This document shows, one piece after another, positions 40,111-54,980 of a DNA stretch of 64,000 nt (positions are counted from its first letter, which is position 1; each line of letters begins with the position of its first letter). The translations under genes and the position numbers were made by a program. Source of the stretch: the human T2T-CHM13v2.0 reference genome, Homo sapiens; assembly GCF_009914755.1 (NCBI RefSeq), contig NC_060925.1; one strand, 5' to 3'. The notes under the pieces are model-generated. The model saw only the letters and a program-made list of their open reading frames with translations. It was not told the DNA's origin and ran no database searches.

Positions 40111-41309
40111 CTGAGTTCCGCCAGAGAGAAAGAACACAGGAACAGCTGGAAATGGCTAGCCACTTTTAGCCATTCCTTCAATAAAAAGCAAGGGCAAAAG
40201 AGGATGCTTATGAGAACTGGCACCCCTTCCCATTGGTGTGCTGTGGTCTCGGGAACACAGCGAGGGCCATGCTGGTCAGACCTGTGAATCCAGCCTGGAT
40301 TTCCTCCCCGGAAAGAATGAGCAGCTTCCCCAGGTCAGCCCAGAGCCATGCATTGAGGGGAAACCAGAATCTGGGTCCCCTCCATCCCACACAGCACTCC
40401 AGCCTCAATGACACTTAGTACGGGGTTAAGGGTCAGCACTTCAAAGTCAGATGTGGCTGGGTTTGAGTTCCAGTTCTGTTGCTTTACAAGTGGTGTGGCA
40501 GGGCAGGGCCACTGCACATAGTTGTGAGGGTTGGAGATTGAAATCCACTTTGCTCTACTCTCTTCTTCCTGTCCCCGGAGCCAGGCACTGTGTCTGCCTG
40601 AGGAAGGTGGCCCTTTTCTTTCACAAAGTTCTGGCTGCTCAGCAAGCTACCCTCTCATGGGCTGCATCTGTGCAGGGGGGTAGGACAGCAGCACAGTGAG
40701 CCTCGTGGGGGACCTGAACTGGTGGCATGTTTTGGGGTCGGCCTGCCTTGGTGATGCTGCTTTATAAGTTAAGTGGCTTATTTACGGCATCTTATATGGA
40801 AGAGATAAAAGCAAAATCCTAGTGTTTTACGCTGTCTAAGCAATCAGAGTCACAACAAAGAAACGTAAGGCGACATCACTAGTTCCCAAGTAAACCACAT
40901 GTCTAGGAATACAGAGCCTGTTGGGCAACCTCCTGTAGGATTCGATGTTTATCCTTCAACTCAGCCTAAGCAGTGGAGAGCTTTCCATGAATCCCTCTTC
41001 CTCTTCCTCTTGGAGAGAGACTATTTCTCTTAACAGCTTGAGTAGGCTGATGGCACATTAGCTTGAGTAGGCTAATATGAGCCATGAGTCAAGTTAATAT
41101 ACAAGAAAAGCTCAGGTGAGCAGTGAAGGAAACTGATCTCCCAGCCTACAGGTGACAAACCAGTGATACCCAAACCCAGCTTTGCACCAGGAACAACCAA
41201 GGAGCTTATTAAAAATACAGATGTGCTGGCTCCCGTACAGATGTGCTGGCTTCCTCCCCTCAGAGTTTCTGATTTCAAAGGACTGGAGAGGGGTCAGGCA
41301 TGTGTGACA

Positions 41310-41360
41310 GTGTGTGTGTGTGTGTGTGTGTGTGTCAGAGAGAGAGAGAGAGAGAGAGAG
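41310..41360. repeat. Compound (TG)n(AG)n microsatellite
   Basis: Seen directly. Confidence 0.95.
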
Positions 41361-41612
41361 AAACTCCTGGTATCCTGTTAGGTTTAAGGATGATTGCTAT
41401 AAAACACTGCTTCTGTTAGATGTAGCCATAAACAGATTCTGTAAAGTCACATAGCACCGGTATTTTACCATTGCAGAGTAAAAACATAAAACCCTAGAAC
41501 TCCAAGCAACTGGGGTGTATGTGAATACGGTGTGGGCCTCAAATGAGAAAGCTCAAAATGTTTGAGAAGAAGCACAGCAATTTCAATTGCAGTTCTGAAA
41601 ATGGACTCTCAC

Positions 41613-41777
41613 CAAAGGGGGGTCCTGGCTCCCAAAGATTGAGATGTAAACCGTGGATCTGTGTTCTCCAGTGACCTGGGTCTCCAGGACCAGTGGTATG
41701 TGGATGGTGCTGCTTGGGGAGATGACCCCGCTGGGGGTGGGGCTGGAAAACAGCACAGTAGGCACCTCCTCACACAC
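41613..41777 (-). CDS. HYDIN: HYDIN/HYDIN2 exon 17 equivalent, VCEEVPTVLFSSPTPSG...GSQDPPL
   Basis: 165 nt within ORF 41583-41933(-); acceptor gctctcccccag, donor TTG|gtgaga. Confidence 0.96.
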
Positions 41778-42069
41778 CTGGGGGAGAGCAAACCAGAGGG
41801 GTAAGGACAGCACAGCATGGAACAAATAGCGTATTTGCTTATTTTGAAGCGTTTTCCTGAGTCCATAGAGGTGTTTTAGAAATGTCTTATTATTCAAGCA
41901 AGTAAATAGGGATGAGCACCCCAATTCGGCCAAAAGGAAGTTTGGTTAAGTGGGATGTGCATGAGGCCCAAAATTCAAAGTGCCCAGCACAGCAAGATGC
42001 AGAATTATCCGCAACACAAATAAGTTCAGGGCAACAGCTTTCCACTTTCCTTAGGAAAAGGAAAAGGTC

Positions 42070-42500
42070 CACTTTCCACTTTCCAAGTTCCTTAACCTGG
42101 CCCTCTGCACCCTCACGCATCATCCCCACTCCCTTGCCCTTTGTGCTCCATCAATAGAGGCTGCTGGTGTTTCCTGAATCCATGATGCTGCTTCTGACCT
42201 CCAGTCCTTTGCACTTGTGGTGACTCCTCCTAGAACGCCCATACCCATCAACCCATCTGGCACACTCATCCTGAATTCTCCCTCTGTTCCTCAAGTGCCC
42301 TAGGGTGGGAACCTTTCCTCTGTCCCCAGGGAGCATCCTGTGCAGTCCTTTTCCACAGCATGCACTGGACAGCACCATGCCACCTGCATCTCCCGCTGAC
42401 AACTTCTTAGCATACAGCTGGGCCTCTCCTCTCTACATGACCACTTTCTGACCCAAAGCATATGCTCAGTTTTTAAAGTGAGGAATGAATGAATGAATGA
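42070..42500 (+). mobile_element. L2 fragment
   Basis: cctttgcacttgtgg...ending in tgaatgaatgaatgaa. Confidence 0.65.
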
Positions 42501-44147
42501 ACAACTGTCCAGTATTGACCAATTTGTGTTTCTCAGAACCCTGTTCTGCACCATATTACCAGCTTTTATGCATCAAGAACGCAAATAAAATTTTTAAAAT
42601 GCTACTATATAACTCTGGGAACCATTTCTCAGAGCCTCTGCTGCTGGGGAGGACGACAGAGCATGCAGGTGTCACCTGCCTGGGGTACGCCACAGTCTCT
42701 CTGCATCTGGTCTGGCCTAACATGGCCCAGTCTAACTCCTCCCTGTGCCACAGTGCTCCGCCGAGCCTTATGACAGCCTGAGGTCGGACTGATCTCTTTA
42801 CCTAGGTTTTGGTATCTTGTTTATTATGGATTTTTTGGAATTAATTTTGATTTCTTACAATATGTAATGGAAATACTAAGCATCTTGAGTGTTTGGCTTC
42901 CCCTTAAATTTTGTGCCCAAGGCAAGTGCCTCATCCTATGCCCAGTCCTGCTGTGCAGAAACAACTTCCCCTGACCCCAGATGCACACTCCACTCTGAGT
43001 TCTTGAAATGATCATGCACTGTGCAGGGCTGGCCCGGCCTGCTGTGGAGCATCTGAGTGTTAGACCTTGTCTCCTGTCACCCTAACCCTTGGCTTCTAGT
43101 TCTGTCTCAGAGAAACCCATAGAACCATTCTATTTCTCTGTTACGTAACAGCCCCGTGACTTGTGAAAGGTAGCTGTGTTATCCTAGCTAATTCTATTCT
43201 GTTTCAGATTAAACACACATATGATTGGATTTGCAGATGCCATGGATTGCCATTTTGGTTACTGTGCACATGGTGCTTTTTCTTCTTCAAGTTTCCATTA
43301 GAAAAATACAATGACAACATCTGAAGACAAAATTCTGGCTGTGTTCTGACCAGCAGCTATCACCTTCCTTTACCTAAAGGTGGTAATTCTCTGCGGCAGC
43401 CTAAACTTGCCTTGGTTCTGTGGCCTCCATATTGCTGTTTTAACTCCCATTGATCTTGTAGCCAAATAAACCCCCATATGACATTTTTGCATACATTTTA
43501 GTTAGAATATTGTACTTCTATAACTGAGTTTTATACCCAAATGCATTCTTGGTAAACTGCATCTCAGTAGTAACCTTCCATTACTCTAATCTGTACAGAT
43601 TTTTAAAAAATTGTTTATCCATCTGTGTTTAACTCCTTAGTCTCCCACTTAGCTGGGTGTAGTGGCATATGGACAGACACATTTCATAAAACATGAAGAG
43701 ATAATCCTCCTTTCTTATTCCTGTATTGTCTCTAGCTTTCTGGTCCAACAAATCTACTTATAAATATTGCATTACTTACTGATGCCATTCAACTCACAGC
43801 CATGGACATAATGAAAACTCCTAGCTCATTTCCCATGCATGGTTAGTTCACAGGCAATTATTTGCAGATGCAATTCTGCATGTTGGCTTAATTGACACTT
43901 TCCCTTGTTTATCAAGGGTAATTTCTCTGGGAAATTAACAACGGTTTACACCTGCAGCTGCTCAGGCATGCAGCTAGCAATCCAACTGTGACTTTATAAC
44001 CCGATCCTTAGACTATCTAAGGGTTAAAAATCAGCATTACTTAAGGTCATGTGTTCAGGAATGTGGCACTTCAGAGGGATTTCTCTTTCTCATCAAGGGA
44101 ACTCAATGGAAGAATAATTAATACTGAAGAAGGAGAAAGGAACTCAC

Positions 44148-44283
44148 CTGAGGCTGGACCTCATAGAATCCTGGGAGGTCATCTTGATCGGCAAGCTGGA
44201 GTGTTTTCTCATACGGGTACTTCAGGAAGCAGTGCCCAAAGTCCACCTCTGTATTGACCAGGTGGAGGGCAGGTACAACACAC
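44148..44283 (-). CDS. HYDIN: HYDIN/HYDIN2 exon 16 equivalent, CVVPALHLVNTEVDFGHCFLKYPYEKTLQLADQDDLPGFYEVQPQ
   Basis: 136 nt; acceptor ctcctccgagcag, donor CAG|gtgagt. Confidence 0.95.
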
Positions 44284-44984
44284 CTGCTCGGAGGAGCCCA
44301 TCACACAATTCAAAACAGAGAGCTTGTTTACATACAGAACACGCAGAGCCCCAAGCAAGATACATTTGTCAGTGTCACATAGTAGTTTTTCTCTAATAAC
44401 CACATTAGTCACTTTCAAAGCTTCTCTCCTCCTCTCTTCCCTGTCTCTTGGCCCCCAGTCACCACTTTTTAATCAAAAAAGGACTAGAAGCAGAACTCCT
44501 TGAAGAGCTGCCTGGTGGGTAATGACTCACATTTCCATTGTTTTATATATTTGCCCTTCTTTGGGCAAGGGGTCCCCATGGCGCAAGATCCATAGGGTAG
44601 TGAATCTGTTTCCATGCCAAACAGGGCCAATGCCACCAGCATGTGGTCCTAACTAGCTGTGACACTTTGGACCAGTCAGAAAGCCCCCCAAGGACTAGCG
44701 ACAGCTCACATCATCTAAATAACAATAATAATGCTAATTCCTATGCAGAACAGCTGTCTTGGATGCAGAGGTTCAGGTGGCTGCTTGGTCCAGAACTGGC
44801 ACTGTGACGGGGTTGTCACTGTGCCGACATGGCGGGGGTGAGGTGGGGGGAGAGGGAGGGAGGGTTGTATGCAGAAAAGAGGGGAGTTGAAGCCCTGTGT
44901 TTACCATTGGTCTATTATTAGGTGACTTGGATTTTATTTGCCGTCTGTGGCTCTCAATGTCTATCCTACCCTTTGCCATTGCTT

Positions 44985-45210
44985 CAGTATAGTGCAATGG
45001 TGAAGAGTACCAGCTTTTGAATTTGCAGAGCCAGCTTCAAAGACTGACCTTACTAAGTACAACCTGTGTAACCTTGGGCAAGCTGCTTTCTGTCTCAGAG
45101 TCCCATTTCTCTCATAGGTAAAATGAGGATAATTCTAGGGATTGATATTGGCATTATAAACTCTTCTTAGGGTGCTGGAAGGGCATAGCCCAGCACCAGG
45201 TAAGTGCCCA
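44985..45210 (+). mobile_element. MIR
   Basis: tgtgtaaccttgggcaagctgctt...gtaaaatgaggataat. Confidence 0.7.
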
Positions 45211-46733
45211 GTAAGAGGGAGTGAGCCTGTGGCAGAATCATGGCAGGCTGTCACTGCTGGCTCTCTGGAGAGAGTTACTTGAGGCTGCAGTTCTAAAAGC
45301 AATTCTTCTGTTAAGAGTCAGTGAGTAGTTCCTACAGATTACACCAAAAATAAGGACATGAAAGAGCCTTTCTTTAACCGCAAAGTTTGTGATTTTGCAT
45401 GAGTGTTCATTTCTAGCTGGAATGGAAGTTGTCTGTTGACCCAGTGACTTTCTTAAAGCTAATCCTTTACTACCTGAAATACTGTGACTGAGAGGGCTTA
45501 TACTACTTGACTTGGGTCACAGAATATAAGTAGAAAACTCATAGCCTCTTTAGACCTTTTTTTTTTTTTAATTTAGAATTTCCTATCGATAGCTGTAGGG
45601 AAAGGGGCTAGAAAGTATCTGAATAAGTCTGCATAGACAAGAAATGCAGGACTAGACTGAAAGGCAAATCTGGGCATAGAAAGGACCACATTAGGGTTTT
45701 TACTGTTTGTAAACAAAGGAAAAAATAGGTCTTGAAGGAATACTAAGTAGGTCACAGTGGGAACCCTAATTTAAGTTATTTCTGCACTGCTATTTATCTT
45801 CATCCAAGCCCAAGACACGTGAAATAGTGTCAGTTGCTAACTCCCCACCAACCAGCACATCTGCCCCATCTTTAAAGTGTATGTCTTCCTAAGATTCACA
45901 AGAGATCAGAATTCCAGAGATTGACATATTAGCATGATTATCAGTTTTCCTAAGTCATTTTCTCTATTTCCTATACGTAGCATTTGCATACATACAACTT
46001 AAAGTCCCAGATCTGGACACTGATTGCTTTGGGACGAGTGTGGCCCCAGGATTTTATTTGGGATCACATCATCATTAGTCGATGACACCACCACCCTCAT
46101 CAGCAGTACTGCAATGACTGTAGCTTGGTCAAAAAGACACAGTCAACAAATGGCTGAGCCAGGATTTTAACCCAGCTGCCTCTCTCAAAAAGAGAGAGGA
46201 GTTGGAGATGGTTCTGAGGAGTATACCTTGTTAAAGATGAGCCTCATCTTGGGGGCCCACTCCTAGCCTGAAATTCAAGTCACAGCAACAGTGTCCCGGG
46301 GCAGGGACCTCTTGGCTCTATGGATCTTCCACTGCAGGACTGACAGCATCACCTTCCTATTGCATAACTCTGGAGCACTATGTTGAAAGATGAAAATAAA
46401 AATGAGCAGCTCTTCACCTCTTCCTGCTAAAACCTTTCTGGTTACATACTTTGAAAGTCAAACCCGTTAGAGAGGGTCTGACCCGTTTCTTCACTATTCT
46501 TAGGATTCTCTGCCTAAACTCTACAAAACACACACACTTCTTCTTATCTCCACCAAAGGTGCTTTAGAAACATTTGCTGCTTTGTCATTTGAATGTCAGA
46601 TTCAACTTCCCTTCCCAGGAAGGCAGGACAAACTCAGTGTGCTTGGGTTGGCAGGCCAGCTGCCTTCTGGGAGGCAGCCCATTACTGGAGGCTCGGGGGC
46701 GACTCAGGAGAAGAGCAAGCTGGGGAGCAATAC

Positions 46734-46834
46734 CTTGCTGCAATTAAGAGCGCCAGCACCTCTTCTCCGATGCCCTCCACGTCCACCACGAGTGCCAGCT
46801 CGTATTTCTGTACAGTGTTGGAGCATAATGTCAC
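46734..46834 (-). CDS. HYDIN: HYDIN/HYDIN2 exon 15 equivalent, VTLCSNTVQKYELALVVDVEGIGEEVLALLIAA(R)
   Basis: 101 nt; acceptor cctttttctttccag, donor AG|gtattg; frame continuous with neighbours. Confidence 0.95.
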
Positions 46835-48711
46835 CTGGAAAGAAAAAGGTGACAAGTTGGTCTTCGAAAAAGCACGTTCTCTCTACACGGGGGAGGGGAG
46901 CCTCCGGAGGACTACGCTGATCAGAGTGGTTTCTAAGTGCTTTATGGATATATAGCATTTTACATTTTTAGCTGAACAAGTTACATTGTGGGGTCAGGGC
47001 ATGCTGAGTGTTTTCAAAGGCCAGGGTAGAAACCAAATGGCTGTTAGTACAATGGCTTTGCTCATTTCTGAGGAGGTTTTGTCAAAGAAGCCACATACCT
47101 GCATAAGGGCAAAAATGAGCATGAACGATGAGCAACATCGAACCAACTTTAATTACTGCAATTTAAATTGTTCCCTACCTCTGGGCTATATGAATTATGA
47201 AAATGTAATATACAAGTAAAACACTATAGCACAAGTTCTCTTACAGTAAAATAAATGGAAATAACCATGTCAGTTCCAGAAAATGGTGTAAGAAATCAGT
47301 CTGCTTTACCAAAATCTTGCCCCCACCATCCCACATTCTTTATTACAGCAGAAAATAGAAAGTTCCAAAGAAAGGTCTATTTGAGGACAATAGAACATGG
47401 TCAAACCATAAACAGATTTCAGAACTCATTGGTACTTAGATTCCAATTCCAGCAAGTTGGAGTTAAGCAGTAATGAATTGCACAGACAATTCATTTAAGA
47501 AGTTTAGCAGTTGCTAGGAGAGATTGAGGGTCAAGGGAGGCTCTTGGGGGGCTCAGAACATTTTACCCTGTGTTTTTATTTCCTGCTGTGAAGCTGTACA
47601 TTTAGGCTTTCAGAAGCCTTGTTACGATTTTTAATTGCTTCAAAATTGTATGTACTGGAAGAGATAGTTTCAAGTCTAGAAAACAGCTTCTGGCATGAGT
47701 TAAGGCTTTTCTATCTATAAATTATGCATCTGGTACTAATTAAAATGTTTTCAGTTGCAGAGGGAATCACTGGATGCAAATTTGAGTCCACACAGACCTG
47801 GCTGAAGTGCAGATCAGGAGGGAAAACTGGAGCTTGGAGAAAGCTTTTCCAAATATAAAGGAAAAATAAAGTGAAGATGAAGTCATTGATTTGGAAAGAA
47901 ACAGAGAATCCTAGTGTGACTGTAACCCCTTGTTTATGTATCTGGGCTGTGGCTAGAAGGAAGAACAAGTGGTTTTGGCAGAAGGCTGCTAGCAAGACGC
48001 TGTCTCTTTTAAAATCTTCCTGAGATATCTGGGAAGCAACAACAACAACAAACAACAACAGCAAAAGAAAAGAGGGAAGACAGTTAAGGGTGAAATAATT
48101 CCACTGGTGGCACTGTGAGGCGATAACCAAGGCAAAGCACTATCCTGATTGCAAACAAAACATGGAAGGATGAGTATTCCTCAGGATGAGGAAGCTGAAT
48201 TCTCATGGCTTTTCCTGCAGAACTCAAGATAAGGCGCTGTTAGTGATATCACATCCACATCCACCATGAATGAAGCCTGGATTCGGATTACAAAGCTGAA
48301 TAAACCAGATATCATCTTTGGCATAAGTGTGGCTATTTATTGGTATCTAAAGGATCTGAGTCTGAAGGAAAGATAAACCTAAGTATCAATAAGTTGTGAA
48401 ATCTGTTTATATTAGTACCGCTGGGAGTACTGTCTGGATAGCAGTGGCTTCACTAGAAATGCCTAGAACCCACTCTTCTGGTGAAGGCAATGCATCTAGA
48501 TTAAGGTAAAGCCACTGGCACAGTGCCCATTGCTTTGCCCAATGTATTTGTGTCTGATTTATTTCCTTATAGGCCCACGTTTCCCTGTAAATTGACAGGC
48601 ACCCCCTCCTGCTGACACTGGACATACTAGAGCAAACCCTAGATGAGGGCCCATGGCTATTTTGAAGGCTCAGCTGCTTAGCTGTGTGTGCAGGAAGGCC
48701 ATGCACTTTAC

Positions 48712-48947
48712 CCTGATAGCAGCAAATCCCTGGGGGCGAATGGTGCCACAGTCAGGAGAGATGGTGAATTCTTTTGGTTTCATTGAGGATATTTCTTCCT
48801 TGGTCCAAGACGGTCTTTTGTAGTCCACATGCTGCTCACAATATGAAATGCTTTTATGGCCAAGGCCATCCCCAGGGATACGCAGTTTGTAAGTCATGGG
48901 GATCAAAGAGGTATTATTGAGGGAACATATCAAGTTATGAGGAAACC
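48712..48947 (-). CDS. HYDIN: HYDIN/HYDIN2 exon 14 equivalent, GFPHNLICSLNNTSLIPMTYKLRIPGDG...GFAAIR
   Basis: 236 nt within ORF 48670-49008(-); acceptor ttttgttttccag, donor AGG|gtaaag. Confidence 0.96.
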
Positions 48948-49670
48948 CTGGAAAACAAAACATGATGTGAGAAATAAAAGCCCCCCCAACACCTCCCTTG
49001 ACCCTCAATCTCCCCTAGAAACTGCTAAGCTTCTTGAATGAACTGTCTGTGCTATTCATTACTACTTAACTCCAACTTGCCCTAAATATTATTGTTTCAT
49101 TCCATCAATAAATACATTTTCATTCATTAATGTATCTATTTTTTCATTTATGCATTCACTCAATGAATATTTACTATGCATTTACTATGTGGGAGATTAA
49201 ACACCACATATAAAACAAGCCCCTTGATTGCCACTCAGGCCCTTCCGGGGAGGCAGCCTCTGTTAGTAGTTGGCTGAGTAGTCTTGCAGAAGTATATTTT
49301 GCATTTATTTCTTACACAAAAATATACATTTTTACATTGAATCATGCTTGCTGTTTTTATTTGCCAGTGTGTGAAAGAAAAAGCCTGCATGGTTTTGCCC
49401 GCTGGGTGACCCAGAGCTTGCCAAGACATGATAGTGTGTCCTAGACCTGTCTGGGTATCACGCTCTTAGGGCTGATGACACAGTATCAAAAAATAGCCTT
49501 TCCCAAGAGAGACTTTACAAACTGCTTTAGAGCCAGCCAGAGACTAACACCTGGCTTTTACCTCTCTTAGACAAAGCTGCTTTGTCATCGTATCCAGCTT
49601 CGTTCCGTGAGACTCCTCTCTTAAGAGGTGTGGACCTTTCTTGCTTGGCAAGCAATACACTAAGCTCTGA

Positions 49671-50148
<478 letters not shown>

Positions 50149-53100
50149 TAATCTATAGACACAGGAGAACAAAAATGCATATTTCTACTGGATGGAAATG
50201 CTACTCTTCTACCTTGAACTCTGCTGTAATAAAATGTACTTGGTCTCTTGGAGTAATGACTGTTGCTGTCGGGGCTATTTTGAGTTGATCTACTTCTGCC
50301 TCATGTCTCAGCTTTTGTCTACACATTAGGCCATTGGAGGAAACACATTCATGTATCCTTTGTGATAACACACCTGCCAACCTACTTGGAAGATATCTTT
50401 CATGGAAAAAGAACTGTGAGATTGAGTGCACTTAAAGGATTATTCTTGGAAATTCCAGAGGAACTGCTTGGAAGGCAGCTTCACAATCATGCTACATGTG
50501 ACTTTCCTGGACTTACCAAATAATGACTCTGGAAACTGTAGATGGCTTAGCCTTATTTGATCTGACCATTTATGAGTTAGACGATCTGTGAATGTGGAGC
50601 GTATTATGGAAAGTGGGTATTATAAAGAGTCACGTGGTCTTCCAAACCATTGCCCAGACTGCTTCCTTAAAGCCAGAACTTTTTCACAGAATAAAGCCAA
50701 TTATGACCTCCTAGTTACAACAATTTCTTGTACTAGTACCTGTAATATCCCATATTGCTTGTCAAGAAGCCTAAAGGAAGGGGATGCTGATTTGTTAAAG
50801 ACTGAAGGTCATTAATAAGAATGTTACACCTAGGTTTCTAATTGCAACCAATCCTAATACTATTCTATCTACAGTTCCACCTGAATGCAAGTACTTTACA
50901 GTTGTAGACCTCTATGCTCCCTTTTATAGGGTCTAGTAGATAAAAAGTCAATATTTATTTGCCTTCTCTTCAAATAATTAACAACATAATTGCACAGAAT
51001 GTCTCAAGGATTCACAGAGGCACCTGATCTTTCTCCCAATACTTGTATAATGTTTTAAAACACAACATTCTCAAGAGATTCAATTCTCCTTCAAGATGCT
51101 TATTTTCACCTGACCTAAAAAGCTCCTAAGAAGACTAGCAGAAACTAGCAGCGGAAGATCACAAGGCTGTAAAGGAAAAATTACAGTTCTTTAAAAATAT
51201 GGTATATTATTTGGAACATGACGTCTCTACTAGAGAAAGGACCCTATCTAATGGGAGTATTAAATTGATTCATCAACATGCAGGACAAAATGCTAAATTA
51301 TAATTGAGAGACTGGGGGATTCATGGAATATTTTAGACAATGGATTCTTTATTTTTCTAGTAAAGTAAAAATCTCCACAAAGCAAAGGGAACTGTGTTGG
51401 CAGATCATTATGCAAATCAGGTGGCATTTTTGTCATTGTCCATAGAAATAATTCAGAATATGGGAATCAATAAGCACATATATCCAACTCATTTTGGACA
51501 TAGAAAATTTAGCCTCAGATTCAGAAAACAAACGTTGCCTAAAATTGGGAACCTCTGTTCATTCCAATGGTCTCTGGAATACCAACTATGCCCCCAAATC
51601 TAAGTGGTCTTTGACAAAAATGTTTTATCATACGTAAAACATCACCACCATAGAAGAGAGGAAATAATCTCTGAATAAGAATCAATGGGAAAATCTCTCC
51701 TCTGTAGCTGGGGATGTGGCTGGCTCCTGCCTCCCATCCTGATACCATATCCAGAAACATTGTACAAGTGGGATGTGAGTCTCTGGAATATATGTGGATT
51801 AGGCCCAGCTCACAAAGTTCAGAATATGTGCTTGTAACTGTAAATTCTTTGGATGGGTTTGAGCCTTTCTGTACAGAAAGACCAGTGCTGTGACTGTGAC
51901 TAAGAAACTGTAGACTATAATTTTCCCACCTGGGGAATGTTACCTTACACTACAAGAGTTAAAAAGAATTTTATAGTGCGTTAGCCCTTTGATAAAAAAT
52001 TTCACAATCTTTGGGAAATGTAGAGCATAAAAATAGTATTACTGATCTTAAGTTGGCCCAGTTCTCCGAGGTTCTGAGTTCCTTGATGAAGAGTTTTACC
52101 TTTAGCTCTGATGGCCATCAGATATGATTAGCTCCCTCTGTAACTCATAGGCTATTCACTTTATGAAATAATAACTAGAAGATCCATGTGATTACAAGTA
52201 TTTCATCAATTTGGGTCAACCTTGCTTCATGCAGACATAACAAAATATTGTGAGAACCAGCTCATCTATAAGTTTAAAAAGTCTTCCCTAAAATACCACC
52301 CTCAGAAGCCCTCCCCTCTTTCTAACTGAAGAATGAGTACCCTGAAAAATACACCAATGAAGGTCTTCTTCAGAGCCTTCTAACAACTGACCTTGCAGTT
52401 AAATTATGAGGTGGACCTCTGAGGAAAAAGATGCCCATAGAAGCTAAATTATTGGCTGAAGACGTGTTGAAAAATACTCTCACTGGGGATCTTAAGTAGA
52501 GGTTTTCTAAAAAAACAGAAAAAACCTTCAGAAGCAGATGACCTTCAGAAATAGACTGCTATTTCAAGTCCCTCAGAACAAGCAGACTTTACCCACAGTA
52601 GACAGCTTCTGCTCAAGACTGATGGGATGAGATTTTGTTAGATGCCTGACGTTACTGATTCTCACACTCTCCCTTGCCTGCTTTTGTTTTTCATCATTTT
52701 GCCATATTACTCCTTGTTTCTTATCTTAAGGTTATACAATTTTGATACACCCTGTGATGTCTCCCTTACTGTTATTGACAACTTGTTTTGGGCATGCTTT
52801 GCTCACACCTACTATGATCTCTTCTGCCAACCCTTCTAAGATCATTCTGTGATCATTACAATCCGGTTTTGCTCCCGGCTCCCTACTTTACACCCTCCGA
52901 AGGTCAACTTAGATATTTCTCCTTCAGCTACATACTGCCAGTTTATATCAGTGCCATAGAAGAGACACTGGTAATGCATCTTTTGATGCTTTATTTGAAC
53001 AACTCTGTCCCCAAATCCCAGACAGGTTATCATATTTTGCAATAACTTCTCTGTCCACATTATTCAATGGCCGAGTTCAATAAATGCTTGGAGGTTTTCA

Positions 53101-53854
53101 AACTCCTTATTCTCATTCAACACATCCTTGTATCTCCTGAAAAATAGTGGGTTTGCAGATATTTACCTGGGCCTTTAGTGTATCAGCTAGCATGCCAGTT
53201 GTTACTTGGTCCGTTTATTCTTTAACCCATCCAAGGATTCATCTATGCCTCAATGTTCCTTCAAGGACAATCACCACCCAATTCTATTATCTGACTCTCT
53301 CATGCTACTGCAGCTGTAGTCAACAGAACTAATTATTTCTGGGTAGGTCATCCAACATCCAATCCTACCATCAAAAATCTTTATAGCCATAGAAATTCTG
53401 GAAACCAACATATAGTACTATTACCCACCACCCATCTATCACAACATCATCAATTCCAACAGTCCCTGATGCAAAATCCATATCTTCACCACCAAGCAAA
53501 TAAATGCCACATCTCCAACACTAATCTGTAACAGACTCCTTTTTAGGAATGGAACTTAAGTGTCAATACAGGGATAATACTGTCAACTTTAGTTAGCTTA
53601 ATGTATTCCCCACTATATTAGCCTCTGCAAACCTTTTTAAACCCCACATAATATGTCCATCATTCTGAAATAACTAAAATATTCCTCCAATTCTTGGCTT
53701 ATTCCTGGAATGATCAGTTTCACTTTTGCATCAGGAACTATACGCATCCCTATTAGTCTTTCATTCCTGAGCTAATAACAAGCTTATGCTCATCTGTCTC
53801 ATTAACGCCTCCCTACTTGCATATGTGGGGTAATAATTAGAAAGTTTCAAATGT

Positions 53855-54182
53855 GGCCAGGCACGGTGGCTCACACCTGTAATCCCAGCACATGGGAGGC
53901 AGAGGCAGGTGGATCACCTGAGGTCAGGAGTTCGAGACCAGCCTGGCCAACATGGTGAAACCCCGTCTCTACAAAGAATATTAAAAAATTAGCCAGGTGT
54001 GGTGGTATGCACCTGTAATCCCAGCTACTCGGGAGGCTGAGGCAGGAGAATTGCTTGCTCCGGAGGCGGAGATTGCAGTGAGCCAACATGGTGCCACTGC
54101 ACTCCAGCCTGGGCAACAGAGACTCTGTCTCAAAACAAAACAAAACAAAACAAAAAACACCAAAAAAAGAAAAGAAAAGAAA
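53855..54182 (+). mobile_element. AluS
   Basis: Full Alu, (CAAAA)n tail, TSD agaaagtttcaaatg. Confidence 0.95.
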
Positions 54183-54980
54183 AGAAAGTTTCAAATGCCT
54201 CTCCACATCCTCCAGTGCCACCATGCTTCTTTGTGAAGAGTCTATTTGATGAGAGACCAATCCACCTGGGGAAATAATGGTACTTTGTTGGAGTCATGAG
54301 GCTTAAATTGTGGGGGTCATATAATTGGAAATTAACACAAAATTGCCCCTCGCTTTGGCTGATGCAGTACAGACTCCAGAAGCAAAGCAAAGTAGCCTAA
54401 ACCCACTGACCCATGTGGTTTTGAAAACCAGATCGCCTTAGATTTCCTGTTGGCAAGCCCAAAAGGGATGTTATTGCTGACATTTCCTGCCACAATACAG
54501 AGAAGATTAAAGAATTTATAGCATTCATAGCTAAACTAAAAGAAAAGATAACCTGGGTTTTGAAGGTGGATTAAGTTGGTTTTTGAGATAAGTTTCCATG
54601 TCTCAGGTTTGGGAAATCTTGGGGGTCATGGTTCTGCAGTGTCTTCTGGCCTCTTGCATAGCTGCTGTATCATCAAATGGTTCAATAAGATATTAGACAA
54701 CAAAAGAAAAGTAAATTGTTTCTAATTTTCAGCTAAGCTAATTACCAAAACTTTCAGCTGAACCAACTATGAGGAACAGCTGTTGATTTTTATTTCTATA
54801 GCTCAAGGAAACTATGGATAAATTACCCAATGATAATCTTTCCTGCGTCCTAATAAAGGAGGCCCAAATGGAAGATGGTTAAGGGAAAAACCTATCTAAC
54901 CTTGGAGCATGCGTACCTGGTTTCGTGTGAGCCAGAGCTCCCTAACATCAAAAATCCCATTCTAGATCTGATGGAGAATA

